64,000 nt of DNA. Origin: Candidatus Multivorans sp. GTDB taxonomy: Bacteria > Acidobacteriota > Thermoanaerobaculia > Multivoradales > Multivoraceae. This document shows positions 20,805-30,806 of this stretch, piece by piece (the stretch's first letter is position 1; every line of letters begins with the position of its first letter). The notes beneath the pieces are model-generated. The model was not told the origin of the DNA, ran no database searches, and saw nothing but the letters and a program-made list of their open reading frames with translations. Position numbers and translations under genes: made by a program. Location of the stretch: positions 4,352,001 through 4,416,000 of the forward strand of contig OZ245033.1 of assembly GCA_965224025.1 (NCBI GenBank), in the 5' to 3' direction.

Positions 20805-21908
20805 CTACGCATCACTGCGCAGGTCATCCAGGTCGAGCGTTTCGGTGAGTACCGGTTCGCCGTCAATGCCGCGAACCTCCAGCGTCACGGAGCGGGAGGC
20901 CCAATCGATCGACATGGCGCCGTAGTTCTCGGGCTGGTAGGTCGGACCCACGCGGTAGGGCCCCGCTTCTTCCCCGCTGGTCGAAGGCGAGTTCAGGGAA
21001 CTCGCGGTGAGCTCGAGCAGCGGGTAGTCGATCGCATCGTCACGCCGGTAGATGCCGCCGCGATGCCGATCCCCCGAGACGATGACCACGCCGTTCGCGC
21101 CCGTCTCACGCAGCAAGCCGTATAGTCGGTCGCGCTCGGCCGGCAACTGCCGCCATCCCTCGTAGCCGTGGCCATCCGCGATCACCTGGATCGACGACGC
21201 GAGGATGCGGAGGTCCGCCTCCTCCTGGAGCACTTCTCGGAGCCAGCTCCACTGCTCCTCGCCGAGCATAGTCTTCGCGGAGTCGGGGTCCGGGACATAG
21301 CGTTCCCTACCCGGAGCACCGCGCTCGTCGGTGGGCCGAAGCGCGGAGCGGAAGTAGCGCGTATCGAGCAGGATCAACTGCACTCGGCGGCCCGGCGGAC
21401 CGTAGGTCACCGCGTCGTAGACCCCCGGACGGGCCGCCCGCTCGGAGTCCGCCGGCACGCCCCAGAAGTCCTCGAAGATCCGCTGCGCTTCCTCGCGCCC
21501 GAAGAACTCGGCGCCGCCGTCGTTCAAACCGTAGTCGTGATCGTCCCAGGTTGCGGCAAGCGGCACCGCCGCCTCGCGAAGGCGGCTGAGTCCGTCCGCG
21601 GCCGCCTGCATCGCGTAGGCGTCGCGCAGTTCGCGCAGATCCTCCGATTCCACGTCGCCGTAGACGTTGTCGCCCAGGAACACGAAGAGCTCGAAGTCGT
21701 CGTCGAGGATCGCGTCGAAGATCGGCTGCGGCTGGGCCTGCTTGAGGCAGGAGCCGAGGCCGATGCGTTCCAGGGCGGGTTCGACCGACGCGGCGTCGGA
21801 AGCCGGCGGCTGTTCTCCGGGCGCGCCGCAGGCTACCGCCAGCAGTGCCGCCGCCAGCAGCGAAAGCCGTGCCGGCCGGCGCGCACGCTCCTCAGTCCGC
21901 CGACGCAC
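20805..21908 (-). CDS. phoD: Alkaline phosphatase D family lipoprotein
   Basis: Motifs GSC, FLGDNVYGD, TWDDHDYG.ND, LLDTRYFRS, TMLGEEQW and SGDRH. Confidence 0.9.
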   Translation of the reverse strand: MRRRTEERARRPARLSLLAAALLAVACGAPGEQPPASDAASVEPALERIGLGSCLKQAQPQPIFDAILDDDFELFVFLGDNVYGDVESEDLRELRDAYAMQAAADGLSRLREAAVPLAATWDDHDYGLNDGGAEFFGREEAQRIFEDFWGVPADSERAARPGVYDAVTYGPPGRRVQLILLDTRYFRSALRPTDERGAPGRERYVPDPDSAKTMLGEEQWSWLREVLQEEADLRILASSIQVIADGHGYEGWRQLPAERDRLYGLLRETGANGVVIVSGDRHRGGIYRRDDAIDYPLLELTASSLNSPSTSGEEAGPYRVGPTYQPENYGAMSIDWASRSVTLEVRGIDGEPVLTETLDLDDLRSDA

Positions 21909-22896
21909 TACACACCGCCTCGATCGTGAACTCCGACGGATCGGGCAGCTTTCCGGCAGCGACCATCTCTTCGATCAGCTTCTCCGTCATGGTGACCTCG
22001 TCTCTCTCCGCGTAGGCTTCGCGCTGCGCCCGCACCTGGGGATGCTCGAGCATCGGACAGTATCCCAGCAGCAACGGCCTCACCTTCGCCCACTTCCGCC
22101 GCACATAGATGTTCGGCTGATAGGACTCGTCCCATTCCGGCGTGACGTACTCGCGCAGATCGAACGGCCGCCGAAGTCGCCACACGCCCTCGTCGTAGAC
22201 GATCGTCGGATCGTCGCCGGCGCACAGGTGCTCGTAGAACCACGTGCCCTGGTAGTTCGCCTCCAAATCGCCGAGCGAGAACACGCCCGAAACAAGCTTG
22301 CCGAGGATCGTGTTCTCCGCCCGCATGCCCCGGCGAACGGCCACCAGTTCCGCCTCCGCGGATGTCGCGCCGCGGGCGCGGACCTTGCGGTACCAACGGT
22401 GGTAGTACCACGAAGTGCCGAGCAGGTGGGTCAGCTTGTCGGTGCCGAGCCGCACACCGTTCACTTCGACCGTCGGACTCGGCGGCATCCAGGTACCGGT
22501 GTCCAGTGGCGACGCGGTGCTGTAGATGTACTTCTGCTTGAAGTCGCGCATCTCCTCCGGCCCCGACGGCGACCGACTGACCAGGGGCGAGTTCACCGAC
22601 CAGGTCTCGAAGCCGTCGAAGAACAACATGTGGTGGCGCTTGAAGAACCGGGACCGAACCTCTTGGCAGCCCACGCCACGGCCCTCCCGGTTCAGTTCCG
22701 CGACCAGACGCTCGAGTTCCAGATTGACGCGCGCGTTCAGGACCTCCGTCGCATCCTCCAGCAGACGTCCCCAAGCGTAGAACTGGTCCGTCTCAAGAGC
22801 GGGCGCCGCGCCTGTGCCGGAGAGTCCGAGGAGCAGCGCGACGATCGCCGCGATCGGGAGGGAACTCAACGCCGGCCTGGGGGACACGGCGCCCAT
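21892..22896 (-). CDS. Secreted hypothetical protein (ETD..GTDKLTH..DLEAN motifs)
   Basis: Signal peptide. TGATG coupling to the upstream gene and overlap with the phoD start. Confidence 0.7.
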   Translation of the reverse strand: MGAVSPRPALSSLPIAAIVALLLGLSGTGAAPALETDQFYAWGRLLEDATEVLNARVNLELERLVAELNREGRGVGCQEVRSRFFKRHHMLFFDGFETWSVNSPLVSRSPSGPEEMRDFKQKYIYSTASPLDTGTWMPPSPTVEVNGVRLGTDKLTHLLGTSWYYHRWYRKVRARGATSAEAELVAVRRGMRAENTILGKLVSGVFSLGDLEANYQGTWFYEHLCAGDDPTIVYDEGVWRLRRPFDLREYVTPEWDESYQPNIYVRRKWAKVRPLLLGYCPMLEHPQVRAQREAYAERDEVTMTEKLIEEMVAAGKLPDPSEFTIEAVCSASAD

Positions 22897-23525
22897 CAGA
22901 AGCCCCAACCGAAGCCGGCCGTGTACACGAACCGGTCCGCGTCGTCGTGAGCGGACGAGATCCGCCGCATCACGCCGGCGCTGAAGCTGAACCGGACCAG
23001 GGTGAACTGCGCTTCGAGGCCTGCCAGCGTCTGCGCCCTCGGGTCGAGCCCCGAGTCCCCCCACGTACGAAGCACTACAGCGCGGGCGCCCCAACCTACG
23101 TACACATCGGTCAGGAAGGGTGACGACGGCCTGCGTCTGCTCATGAGCCGGGCGAAGCCGACTCCGAGCTGGCCACCGGCTGTTCCCGGCTCGACCTGCA
23201 GAACCAAGCCGCGGTACTCGCAGAATTCGACGCAGTCATGGCTGTCGGGCAGACGCGCCACGAGCGCGCCGACCCCGATCGAGAACTGAAGCGGCGTCGA
23301 GTACCGTGCGCGCGCTGTGCCAAGCCAGCGCAGCGAAGTCGCATCGACATCCGCTCGCACCCGCTCAGCGAGTGACCGGGAGTCCTCTGACCGTGGCCGG
23401 GGGTCTTCTGACCCCCGGTTCCGGGTCTCCTGAGAAGCCACCGGTCCAGCCCAGAGCCAACAGAGAACAGCGCCCGCTGCCAAGTGCAACGAGCCGGCCG
23501 GGATGGATCGGAAAGCGGCTTGCAT
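22896..23525 (-). CDS. Hypothetical exported protein, small outer-membrane beta-barrel-like
   Basis: Signal-like segment, alternating amphipathic strands and a C-terminal YTAGFGWGF. The start codon is uncertain. Confidence 0.55.
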   Translation of the reverse strand: MQAAFRSIPAGSLHLAAGAVLCWLWAGPVASQETRNRGSEDPRPRSEDSRSLAERVRADVDATSLRWLGTARARYSTPLQFSIGVGALVARLPDSHDCVEFCEYRGLVLQVEPGTAGGQLGVGFARLMSRRRPSSPFLTDVYVGWGARAVVLRTWGDSGLDPRAQTLAGLEAQFTLVRFSFSAGVMRRISSAHDDADRFVYTAGFGWGF

Positions 23526-23659
23526 CGGCGACGAACGCAGCGGGGCCGGCCTCCGTTCGTTCATCAAGCGCCGATCCTACAATGGACGGCCCGGCTTCCG
23601 ATCCGGCGGCGCACCGCCGGATCGGGCCCGAGAGGGCGACGAGACGCGAGGGACGGCCG

Positions 23660-26600
23660 CTACGAACCGCCGCCGAAGCGATAGCTCATGACGGCCTTCA
23701 AACGGCGGCCCTTCGGATTGGCGGTCAGGGCGTCGAACGCCTGCTCGAAGAAGACCAACGGCGGCTCCTCGTCGGTCAGGTTGAGAGCCGACAGGGCGAG
23801 ATCGAAACCGAGCCGCGGGAAGCGCCACAGGAACGTCACGTCGAACGTGAGCCACTCGTCGATTGGCAGCAACTCGGGCGGCGTCCAGGCCACGTTGCTG
23901 TCCTCGTAGGACGAAATGTGGTTGGCCCAACCGATCAGACTGTAGTCGCCCCAGCGGTAGCCGAGCGACGCACGCGTCTTCAACTCCGGCAGCGGCGGCG
24001 CGATCGGCGTATCGCGGTTCAGCAGGCCGACGACGTCCTTGCGCTCGCGGTAGACGACGCCGTCGCGTTCGAGCTTCTTCAACTCGTAGCTCTTCGTGTA
24101 GGTGCTGTCCAGGCCGAAGGAGAGTTCGCCAGGGCCCGCGTCGACATGGCCGTGCAGATGGAAATCGAAGCCCGAGGTCTTGATGCCCGGCCAGTTGATC
24201 AGATCGATCCGCACCCGCTCGATGTCCGCGGGATCGCAGGAACCGTCGGCCAAACCGCCCGGGCAGACGACGCGGCCCATGACCGCGTTCAGCGCCGCCT
24301 GGTTGCCTCCGTAGCCGTCGGCGTAGAGCCGCAGCACCTCCTGCTGCGGCAGCAGGGCGATCACGTCCTCGAAGTCGTAGCTCCAGTAGTCGAGCGTGAC
24401 GTCGATCCCAGGCGAAGCGAAGAGCACGAGACCCAGGTTGTAGGTGAAGGCCTGCTCCGGCTTCAACGCCCGGCTGCCGAAGGCGTCGACCGCCTTGTAG
24501 ACGCCGACCGTGTTGAGGTACTCCAGGGTGGTGCGAATCTCCTCGTTCAGATCATCGACCGAGGGCGCCCGGAACGTGGTCTGGACCGAGGTGCGGAACG
24601 ACAGCACGTGATCTTCGCCCGCCGAGAGCTGCCAGCGGCCCGAGAACTTCGGATCGAAGCTGTCGATCTCGTCGTGGAGTTCGTAGTTCGCCGCGAACTG
24701 CATGTCGCCGCCAAGCGCGTTCACCGACAGCTCGCCGAACATCCGGTGGACCGCCTGGGAGTCGCCGTACGGGTAGTAGCCCGAGGAGAAGGTGAAGGCG
24801 CCCGCGCGCGCCCCTCTCTGCCTGCCGGTAGCCGGATCGACGCAGGACCGGTCGCCCGGCACCACGCACGGATTCAGTTCGTAGTTTCCGACCGCGTTCG
24901 GGATCGCGCTCACGTCCAGGTGCCGGTACCGGTACCCGAAGGCGTAGTCGAGCTTCTCGGGCACCCAGTTGCCGGAGAGCGTCGCTTCGGCAACGACGAG
25001 TTCCGCTTCGTTCTCGACGTTGACCTGTTCGTTGATCCAGTTGAGCAGATCCCGGCTGTTCTCAAGGCCCGCGACATACATCGGATTCGGGTTGCTCTCC
25101 CACGGCGCCCCCGGCTGAGCGGAGAACTGGATGGCATTGCCGAACGGGTTGTAGTACATGCAGTCGCCGACGCCGGGCTGGGCCGAACCGGTATCTCCGA
25201 GCCGCATGCCCGAAGGACTCGCGGCGTCCGCCACCACGCCGACGCCGCAGTTCGGACCGCCGTAGCCGCGGAAGGCGAGGAACTTGCGGTACGCGTACTC
25301 CGCCGGCTGGTTCATGTTGCCGGTAGCCCGCGAGTAGTTCACGCCCACGTCCAGGTTGGCAGCCCTGCCGCCGATGGACATGTCGTGCTCGATGTTCGCC
25401 GCGATGCGGGTCGTGTCCGTGCCTCGCCGCAGGCCGCGTCCAGGACCCGCGTTGCCGACCAGGCGACCGTAGAAGTACCAGTCGTCCCGCAGGCAGTCTT
25501 CACCGGAAGCGAAGCCGCCCACCCCGGGGGAGCTGTTGCAGATCTCCATGCGCCCCGGGTGCTCGTTCGAGATCAACTGCAGACCGTCCAGCAGCGACAC
25601 CGGCGGGAAGGAGGGAGTGGTCACGTAGTTCGGGATGGTCGACTCCGCGAAGAGTGCCTCCACGTGGTACGTCGTGCCCTCGGCCAGCGGACCGTTCAAC
25701 TCGGCGAAGAACCGGTTCGTCTCCGTCGCCTCGACCAGGCTGTCCCACGGCTGATAGCGGAAAGCGCAGGTGAAGCCGCGGTCATAGCCGCCGAGGCCGT
25801 TGCACGCGGGATCGACGAAGTAGTCCGTGCCGGCCGCGCCGTTGCGCGCCCGGGCCAGCTCCTGAACGAACGCGGCGGAGGTTTCGCCGCCGGTGAGGTT
25901 CGGGCGCAGGAAGATGCCCGGATTGCCGGTGTTGGACCAACCCCAGAACCAACCGGTGGCGCGATCCTTGAGCGTGAACGGCCGCTCCCTGGCGCCGAGA
26001 TGCGAGCGCTCCGCCCTCTCGAGCGAGAATACGAGGTGATGGTCCGAACCGCCGAGCTTGCCGCCCCAGATCGCGGCCGCCGACGAGTCGCCGGCGCCGT
26101 CCATGCTCTCGTGCGAGAGCGAGACCTCGAACCCGGTGAATTCGTCGCGGGTGACGAAGTTGGCGACGCCTGCCACGGCGTCCGAACCGTAGATCGCGGC
26201 GGCGCCTTCCTTCAGCACCTCGATGCGATCGACCGCGATCGAGGGAAAGGCGCTGATGTCGACGAAGCGGCCGCCGAACAGCCGCGCCGGCAGCGGCGCC
26301 TGGCGGCGGCCGTTGAGCAGCACCAGGGTCCGCGAAGCCCCGAGACCCCGGAGGTTCACGTTGGCGACGCTCTCGGGCACCGCCGTCCCCTGGTCGTTGT
26401 ACCAACTGTTGGCCTCGCCGATGACGGCGGACGAGGCGGTCAGGTTCTTGAACAGATCGACCGGCTGCAGCGACCCCTGCTCCTTCTGGACTTCCCGGTT
26501 GAGTATTTCGACGGCGTAGGGGAGGTCGACGGCCGGTTCCTCTATCGCCGAACCGGTGACGACCACTACGTCGTGGGCGTGGAAGTCGATAACGCCGGCC

Positions 26601-26794
26601 TCGTCGCCGTCGTGCTCGCCCTCGTGGTCCTCGTCGCCGTGATCCTCGTCTTCCTGGGGCGGGGGCGTATCGACCGGCGAAGCCGGGGAAGCTTCGGCTG
26701 GTGTGGAATCGTTCCCACCTTCGGCAGCGAAGGCAGTTCCCCCCATCGCCACCACGAAAAGCACCAGCAGGATCAACAGGGACTTAGCGTGCAT
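23660..26794 (-). CDS. TonB-dependent receptor
   Basis: TonB box DVVVVTGS, plug motifs VNLRGLGASRTLVLLNGRR and RIEVLKEGAAAIYGSDAVAGVANF, and NLTDEEPP. AAGGAG RBS. Confidence 0.93.
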   Translation of the reverse strand: MHAKSLLILLVLFVVAMGGTAFAAEGGNDSTPAEASPASPVDTPPPQEDEDHGDEDHEGEHDGDEAGVIDFHAHDVVVVTGSAIEEPAVDLPYAVEILNREVQKEQGSLQPVDLFKNLTASSAVIGEANSWYNDQGTAVPESVANVNLRGLGASRTLVLLNGRRQAPLPARLFGGRFVDISAFPSIAVDRIEVLKEGAAAIYGSDAVAGVANFVTRDEFTGFEVSLSHESMDGAGDSSAAAIWGGKLGGSDHHLVFSLERAERSHLGARERPFTLKDRATGWFWGWSNTGNPGIFLRPNLTGGETSAAFVQELARARNGAAGTDYFVDPACNGLGGYDRGFTCAFRYQPWDSLVEATETNRFFAELNGPLAEGTTYHVEALFAESTIPNYVTTPSFPPVSLLDGLQLISNEHPGRMEICNSSPGVGGFASGEDCLRDDWYFYGRLVGNAGPGRGLRRGTDTTRIAANIEHDMSIGGRAANLDVGVNYSRATGNMNQPAEYAYRKFLAFRGYGGPNCGVGVVADAASPSGMRLGDTGSAQPGVGDCMYYNPFGNAIQFSAQPGAPWESNPNPMYVAGLENSRDLLNWINEQVNVENEAELVVAEATLSGNWVPEKLDYAFGYRYRHLDVSAIPNAVGNYELNPCVVPGDRSCVDPATGRQRGARAGAFTFSSGYYPYGDSQAVHRMFGELSVNALGGDMQFAANYELHDEIDSFDPKFSGRWQLSAGEDHVLSFRTSVQTTFRAPSVDDLNEEIRTTLEYLNTVGVYKAVDAFGSRALKPEQAFTYNLGLVLFASPGIDVTLDYWSYDFEDVIALLPQQEVLRLYADGYGGNQAALNAVMGRVVCPGGLADGSCDPADIERVRIDLINWPGIKTSGFDFHLHGHVDAGPGELSFGLDSTYTKSYELKKLERDGVVYRERKDVVGLLNRDTPIAPPLPELKTRASLGYRWGDYSLIGWANHISSYEDSNVAWTPPELLPIDEWLTFDVTFLWRFPRLGFDLALSALNLTDEEPPLVFFEQAFDALTANPKGRRLKAVMSYRFGGGS

Positions 26795-27058
26795 TTCGGC
26801 TCCTTACTCCGGTTCTGACAATGCGTGAACGGCTCGTCGCCAAGCAGGCGTCAACCTACCAACCGGATTGCGAGCTAGACACGAGGGCCTGTGCGAACAA
26901 CGATACACGGTTCCTGGATTGCACCCGAAATGGTCCCCAAGAAATATGGGCTTGGTCCCGGCGCCGCCGACTGGCCCGGACGCGGCGGCTACGCCAAGAC
27001 TTCGATCCCGCCGGCGGCGGCACCGTAAACTAGGATCACTGCCCAACAGGAGGTTCAG

Positions 27059-27505
27059 ATGTCCCGACGAGTCCACCGAGTCCTGCCCGTGGCCGCTCTC
27101 GCGCTGACCCTGAGCGCGGCCGGTCCCTCCCCCGCTCACCATGCGTTCTCGGCCGAGTTCGACGCCAACCTGCCGATCAAGATCGAGGGCACGATCACCA
27201 AGGTCGAGTGGATCAACCCGCACGCCTGGGTCCACGTGCAGATCACGCTGGACGACGGCGAGACCATGACCTGGGAGCTCGAGGCGGGCACGCCGAACAC
27301 CCTGGTGCGGCGAGGCCTCGGCCGCACCCTGCTAGAACCTGGCACCGAGGTCGTCGTCCGCGGCTACCAGAGCAAGGACCGGATGTGCACGCCGAACTGC
27401 CGCGGCAGCGGCCGGGACATGACCCTCCCCGACGGCCGCAGCCTGTTCATGGGCTCATCCGGCACCGGCGCGCCGCGGGACGGCGCCGACCCGACAGAGC
27501 AGTAA
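27059..27505 (+). CDS. DUF6152 family periplasmic protein
   Basis: Signal peptide, then mature HHAFSAEFD, G.ITKVEWINPH and W..E.G.PN.L.R.G. GGAGG RBS. Confidence 0.85.
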   Translation: MSRRVHRVLPVAALALTLSAAGPSPAHHAFSAEFDANLPIKIEGTITKVEWINPHAWVHVQITLDDGETMTWELEAGTPNTLVRRGLGRTLLEPGTEVVVRGYQSKDRMCTPNCRGSGRDMTLPDGRSLFMGSSGTGAPRDGADPTEQ

Positions 27506-27515
27506 TGCCGACGCG

Positions 27516-27635
27516 CTAGCTATCGCCCGGCGCCGGGTCCGATTGCCCATGGTCGTCGAGCACACCGAACGCAGCGATGATCTCCAGGGCGATGAACACC
27601 ACAGCCAACAGGATGAAGAAGTGGAAGTCGCTCAT
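27516..27635 (-). CDS. Putative 39-aa single-TM small protein
   Basis: MSDFHFFILLAVVFIALEIIAAFGVLDDHGQSDPAPGDS*, preceded by AGAAGGTGA. It is below the ORF-track cutoff. Confidence 0.45.
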   Translation of the reverse strand: MSDFHFFILLAVVFIALEIIAAFGVLDDHGQSDPAPGDS

Positions 27636-27723
27636 GGGTCACCTTCTACCATGCATGGGTCCACGTCGAAACCGCCTAGGACGACGGCGCGACGGATCTG
27701 GACCCTCCGTCGGCAGTTATCGC

Positions 27724-27776
27724 GAAGTTACCCTGGTTTACCGATCTTGGATAAACCGGGGTAACCTCCCTATACT
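27724..27776 (+). promoter_or_regulatory. AT-rich imperfect inverted repeat followed by a TATACT -10-like box
   Basis: GTTACCCTGGTTTACC-GATCTT-GGATAAACCGGGGTAAC, then TATACT. TTGGAT lies 18 nt upstream of TATACT. Confidence 0.4.
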
Positions 27777-27789
27777 CGGCGTCACGCAC

Positions 27790-28510
27790 ACGCCGGACGC
27801 ACCGGTGATTGAAGAACGAAGCGAAGTCGTCGCGCCGTAGGAACGCCGCGTCAATTCCGTGGGTCCGCAGGAACCGGTCGAGCCGTTCTCGTTCGAGGCT
27901 GTCCCTCTCTTCGATCCGAGAAAGGTACTTGCTGGGCGCATCGCCGCCAAGGAAGCGATTCGTCTGAGCGGCAAGCGCCGTCTTGTTCACGACGCAGTCC
28001 CGTTCCTGCCAGCCGATGGCGTTCTCCGGATCGTCACACCACCGCCTCGGGAAGATGTGATGGATGTCGACGGCATGATCGAAGTAAGAGTGCACACTCA
28101 TCCCCACGCCGCTCTTCCAGTCTCGCGCTCCGTTCTTCATGCCCAGTGCATGCAGTGCCTTGTAAGCGGCGCTCTGCCGGCCCCGAAGAGACAGCAGGCG
28201 GTCCGCCTGAGACTGCGCCTCCTGAACCGTTCTCGGCACATCCCCGTCGGCGTCCAGCCATGACACGCAGTCCTGGAAGTCCCTGGCAGACCGGGTCTCT
28301 ACCGCTGAGCCGTATAGTTCGCCGAGAGCCCCGCACCAGAACCACTGTCGAAGCTTCTTCCGCGCGGACGCGCTTGCCGCGGACCGGCTCAACAAGCCCA
28401 GGATCGCTGCTAGCGGTGTCAGTTGCGTCGGATACGGAAGATCGCGCCGTCGAAAGAAGAACTCCTCGTGAAGAAAAGGCACGGCACGTTCCAAGCCCTT
28501 CGTGGCGAGA
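27790..28510 (-). pseudogene. C-terminal remnant of a DUF262/DUF1524 (GmrSD-like) restriction nuclease
   Basis: Motifs LPYPTQLTPLAAI, WFWCG..GELYGSAVETR, RLLSLR.RQSAAYK, DIHHIFP and NKT.L...TNR..GG.APSKYL. There is no N-terminal DUF262 domain and no start codon. Confidence 0.8.
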
Positions 28511-28540
28511 CTCGACCAGCGGTTGTACTCGCCGGCGCCA

Positions 28541-30706
28541 CTACGGCAGCCGGAACACGAACAGGCCGTTTCCGCTGCTCGGATAGCGGATCTCCGGGCT
28601 GACTCTGGCCGGGACGAAGCGCGGACTGCCGCCGCCGAGCCCGGTCGACACGGCCACGTACTGGACGCCGTCGACCTCGTAGCTGATCGGGAAGCCCTGC
28701 ACCGAGGTCGGCAGGCGGGCGCCCCAGAGTTCACGGCCCGTCGCGGTGTCCCAGGCCCGGAAGCGCCGGTCGATGTCGCCGGCGAAGACGATGCCGGCGG
28801 CGGTGGTCAGCGCCGCGGTCAGGAAGGCCGGCCGTTGCTCGACGCTCCAGACCTCCTCCATCGTGTCGACGTCGTAGGCCGCCAGTTTGCCGAGACGGCC
28901 GTCCGTGCCGGGCATCTCGAACCACTTGCGGTCGGCTTGCTCGCCGCCCGACCCCTCCTCGAACCGGACCTCGCTGCCCGAGATGTCGAGGCAGCTCTGG
29001 CTCAGCGGCACCACCAGCAGCCCGTGCGCGGGGCTGTAGGAGGAGGCCTGCCAGTTGTGGCCACCGGCGGTGCTGGGGCAGACCGAGACCCATTCCCCGA
29101 TCCCGGCCGAGGCGATGTCCTCCCGGTAACGGACTTCGCCGGTTTCGCGGTCGATGTGGTCGAAGACGTTCTGGAACACCATTTCCTTGAGAGCCACGAA
29201 GGCGCCGTCCACACGGTCGAGCTTCCACAGGATCCCGTGCTTGCCGGAAGTGAGCAAGAGCCGGCGACCGCCGCGGTCGATCAGGACCTGCTCGAAGGCC
29301 TCGTCGAGGTCGAGGGCCTCGCCGGGTACGTGCTGGCGGTAGAATGCGACCTCCCCGTCGCCGGGGCGCAGCACCAAGGTCGAGTTCGTGTAAAGCACCT
29401 GGTGGTCGACGGTGAGGCCCCGGCTCGCCGGCACCCAGGGCTTGGCCTGCGCCACCGGCCAGTAGAGGAGCTCGAGCTCCGGGTCGTAGCTGCCGGGAAT
29501 CCACGAATCGCCGCCGCCCCGCAGCATGAGCGGCAGATCGCCCCAGGTGTCGCCTCCCGGCTCCCCCGGCCGGGCGATGGTGTACGTCCGCCATCGCTCC
29601 TCGCCGGTTTCCGCGTCGTGGGCCGTGATGAAGCAACTGTCCTCGAAGTAGCGGCTGCAACCGTTGATGCCGTTCACTACCAGCCCATTGACCACGATCG
29701 GTCCGCTCGTGTTCCTGTAGCCCCTCGCCGGATCGGCGATCTGCGTCTCCCAGCGCGGCCGCCCGCTCCGGGCGTCGAGCGCAAGCATCGCCGCGTCCTT
29801 GGTGGCGACGAAGATCTTGTCGCCCCAGATCGCAAGGTTGCGGAGCTGGTTGAAGCCGCGCGCCGCGTCGCCCTCCAGGGAACGCCGGTACTCCCAGATC
29901 AGTGTGCCGGTGTCGGCCTCCAGAGCCTGGATGATGTTGCGCGGGTTGGCGAGGTACATCACGCCGCGATACACCAGCGGCGTCGGCTGGTTCACGCCGT
30001 CCGCCATCGCCCAGGACCAGGCCAGCCGCAGCTCGACGACGTTGCTCGCGTCGACCCGTGCGAGCGGACTGTGGCCCTGGCCGTCGTAGGTGCGCCGGAA
30101 CATCAACCAGTCACCGGGGTCGGGGTCGAGCAGCATCTCGGCGGTGACCGGTTCGAAGTCCTCGATCTCGCGCTCGCCGGGAGGCCTCACGTACTCCTCC
30201 TCCGACGCCTCGACCGGGGCGCTGCGGTCACGGTCCGCGACGGCTGCCGAATCCGCGGCGGGGGCGGACGGCGGCTCGCCACCAAGGCCCAGGCCGGCCA
30301 GCATCGCGCTCAAGCCCGTCGCATCGGCCACCAGGGGTTCATCGCCGGCCACGGCGCCGTTCGCCCGCAGAACGAAGGCGGCGAGATCGTAGGTCTGCTG
30401 GGACGTAAGAGAGTTCCGGTTCTCCGGCGGCATCGTGACCCGGATCGTGTCCGCGAGATCAGCCACGGCGCCGGCTCGCCAGGCGTCCAGAAAGCTCGCG
30501 CCACGCAGAGGCGGCGCCTCGTTCGCGCCGGCCAGGCTCGACAGGTGGCATTCGACGCAGACCTCCTCGTAGAGCGCCCACCCGCGCTCCGCCTGCTCGG
30601 CGGTGAAGACGCGCACCGGCTCCGCCGGCTGTTGCGCACCGACCATCGCGGCGGCCGCCACGAACGCCCCAACGGCTCCGCGTACACTACGCGCCATGCC
30701 GCGCAT
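28541..30706 (-). CDS. Cytochrome c + PQQ-dependent dehydrogenase fusion
   Basis: N-terminal CVECH heme site with a TMPP axial Met, then PQQ propeller motifs [35 protein letters not shown] and [11 protein letters not shown]. Confidence 0.9.
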   Translation of the reverse strand: MRGMARSVRGAVGAFVAAAAMVGAQQPAEPVRVFTAEQAERGWALYEEVCVECHLSSLAGANEAPPLRGASFLDAWRAGAVADLADTIRVTMPPENRNSLTSQQTYDLAAFVLRANGAVAGDEPLVADATGLSAMLAGLGLGGEPPSAPAADSAAVADRDRSAPVEASEEEYVRPPGEREIEDFEPVTAEMLLDPDPGDWLMFRRTYDGQGHSPLARVDASNVVELRLAWSWAMADGVNQPTPLVYRGVMYLANPRNIIQALEADTGTLIWEYRRSLEGDAARGFNQLRNLAIWGDKIFVATKDAAMLALDARSGRPRWETQIADPARGYRNTSGPIVVNGLVVNGINGCSRYFEDSCFITAHDAETGEERWRTYTIARPGEPGGDTWGDLPLMLRGGGDSWIPGSYDPELELLYWPVAQAKPWVPASRGLTVDHQVLYTNSTLVLRPGDGEVAFYRQHVPGEALDLDEAFEQVLIDRGGRRLLLTSGKHGILWKLDRVDGAFVALKEMVFQNVFDHIDRETGEVRYREDIASAGIGEWVSVCPSTAGGHNWQASSYSPAHGLLVVPLSQSCLDISGSEVRFEEGSGGEQADRKWFEMPGTDGRLGKLAAYDVDTMEEVWSVEQRPAFLTAALTTAAGIVFAGDIDRRFRAWDTATGRELWGARLPTSVQGFPISYEVDGVQYVAVSTGLGGGSPRFVPARVSPEIRYPSSGNGLFVFRLP

Positions 30707-30806
30707 CTTAGCGTCGCCAAATCCCTCCCAGAGTCGGCCAATCCGAGGGTATCCCGCGGCCCCATCTCCGACCTCACCACAAGTCCGCGCGCCCTAAGGT
30801 CACGAG

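Noticed and set aside
23306-26818. 1170-aa plus-strand ORF and other long antisense ORFs (e.g. 28502-30976, 56070-58181, 59911-62001)
   Set aside because: These are shadow ORFs opposite well-supported genes, expected at high GC, and have no recognisable motifs.
26880-26960. Possible cobalamin riboswitch upstream of the TonB receptor (minus strand GGGGACC..CGGGTGCAATCC)
   Set aside because: Only a partial resemblance. The GCCACTG, GGGAAG and AGYCAGRAGACC core elements are not present.
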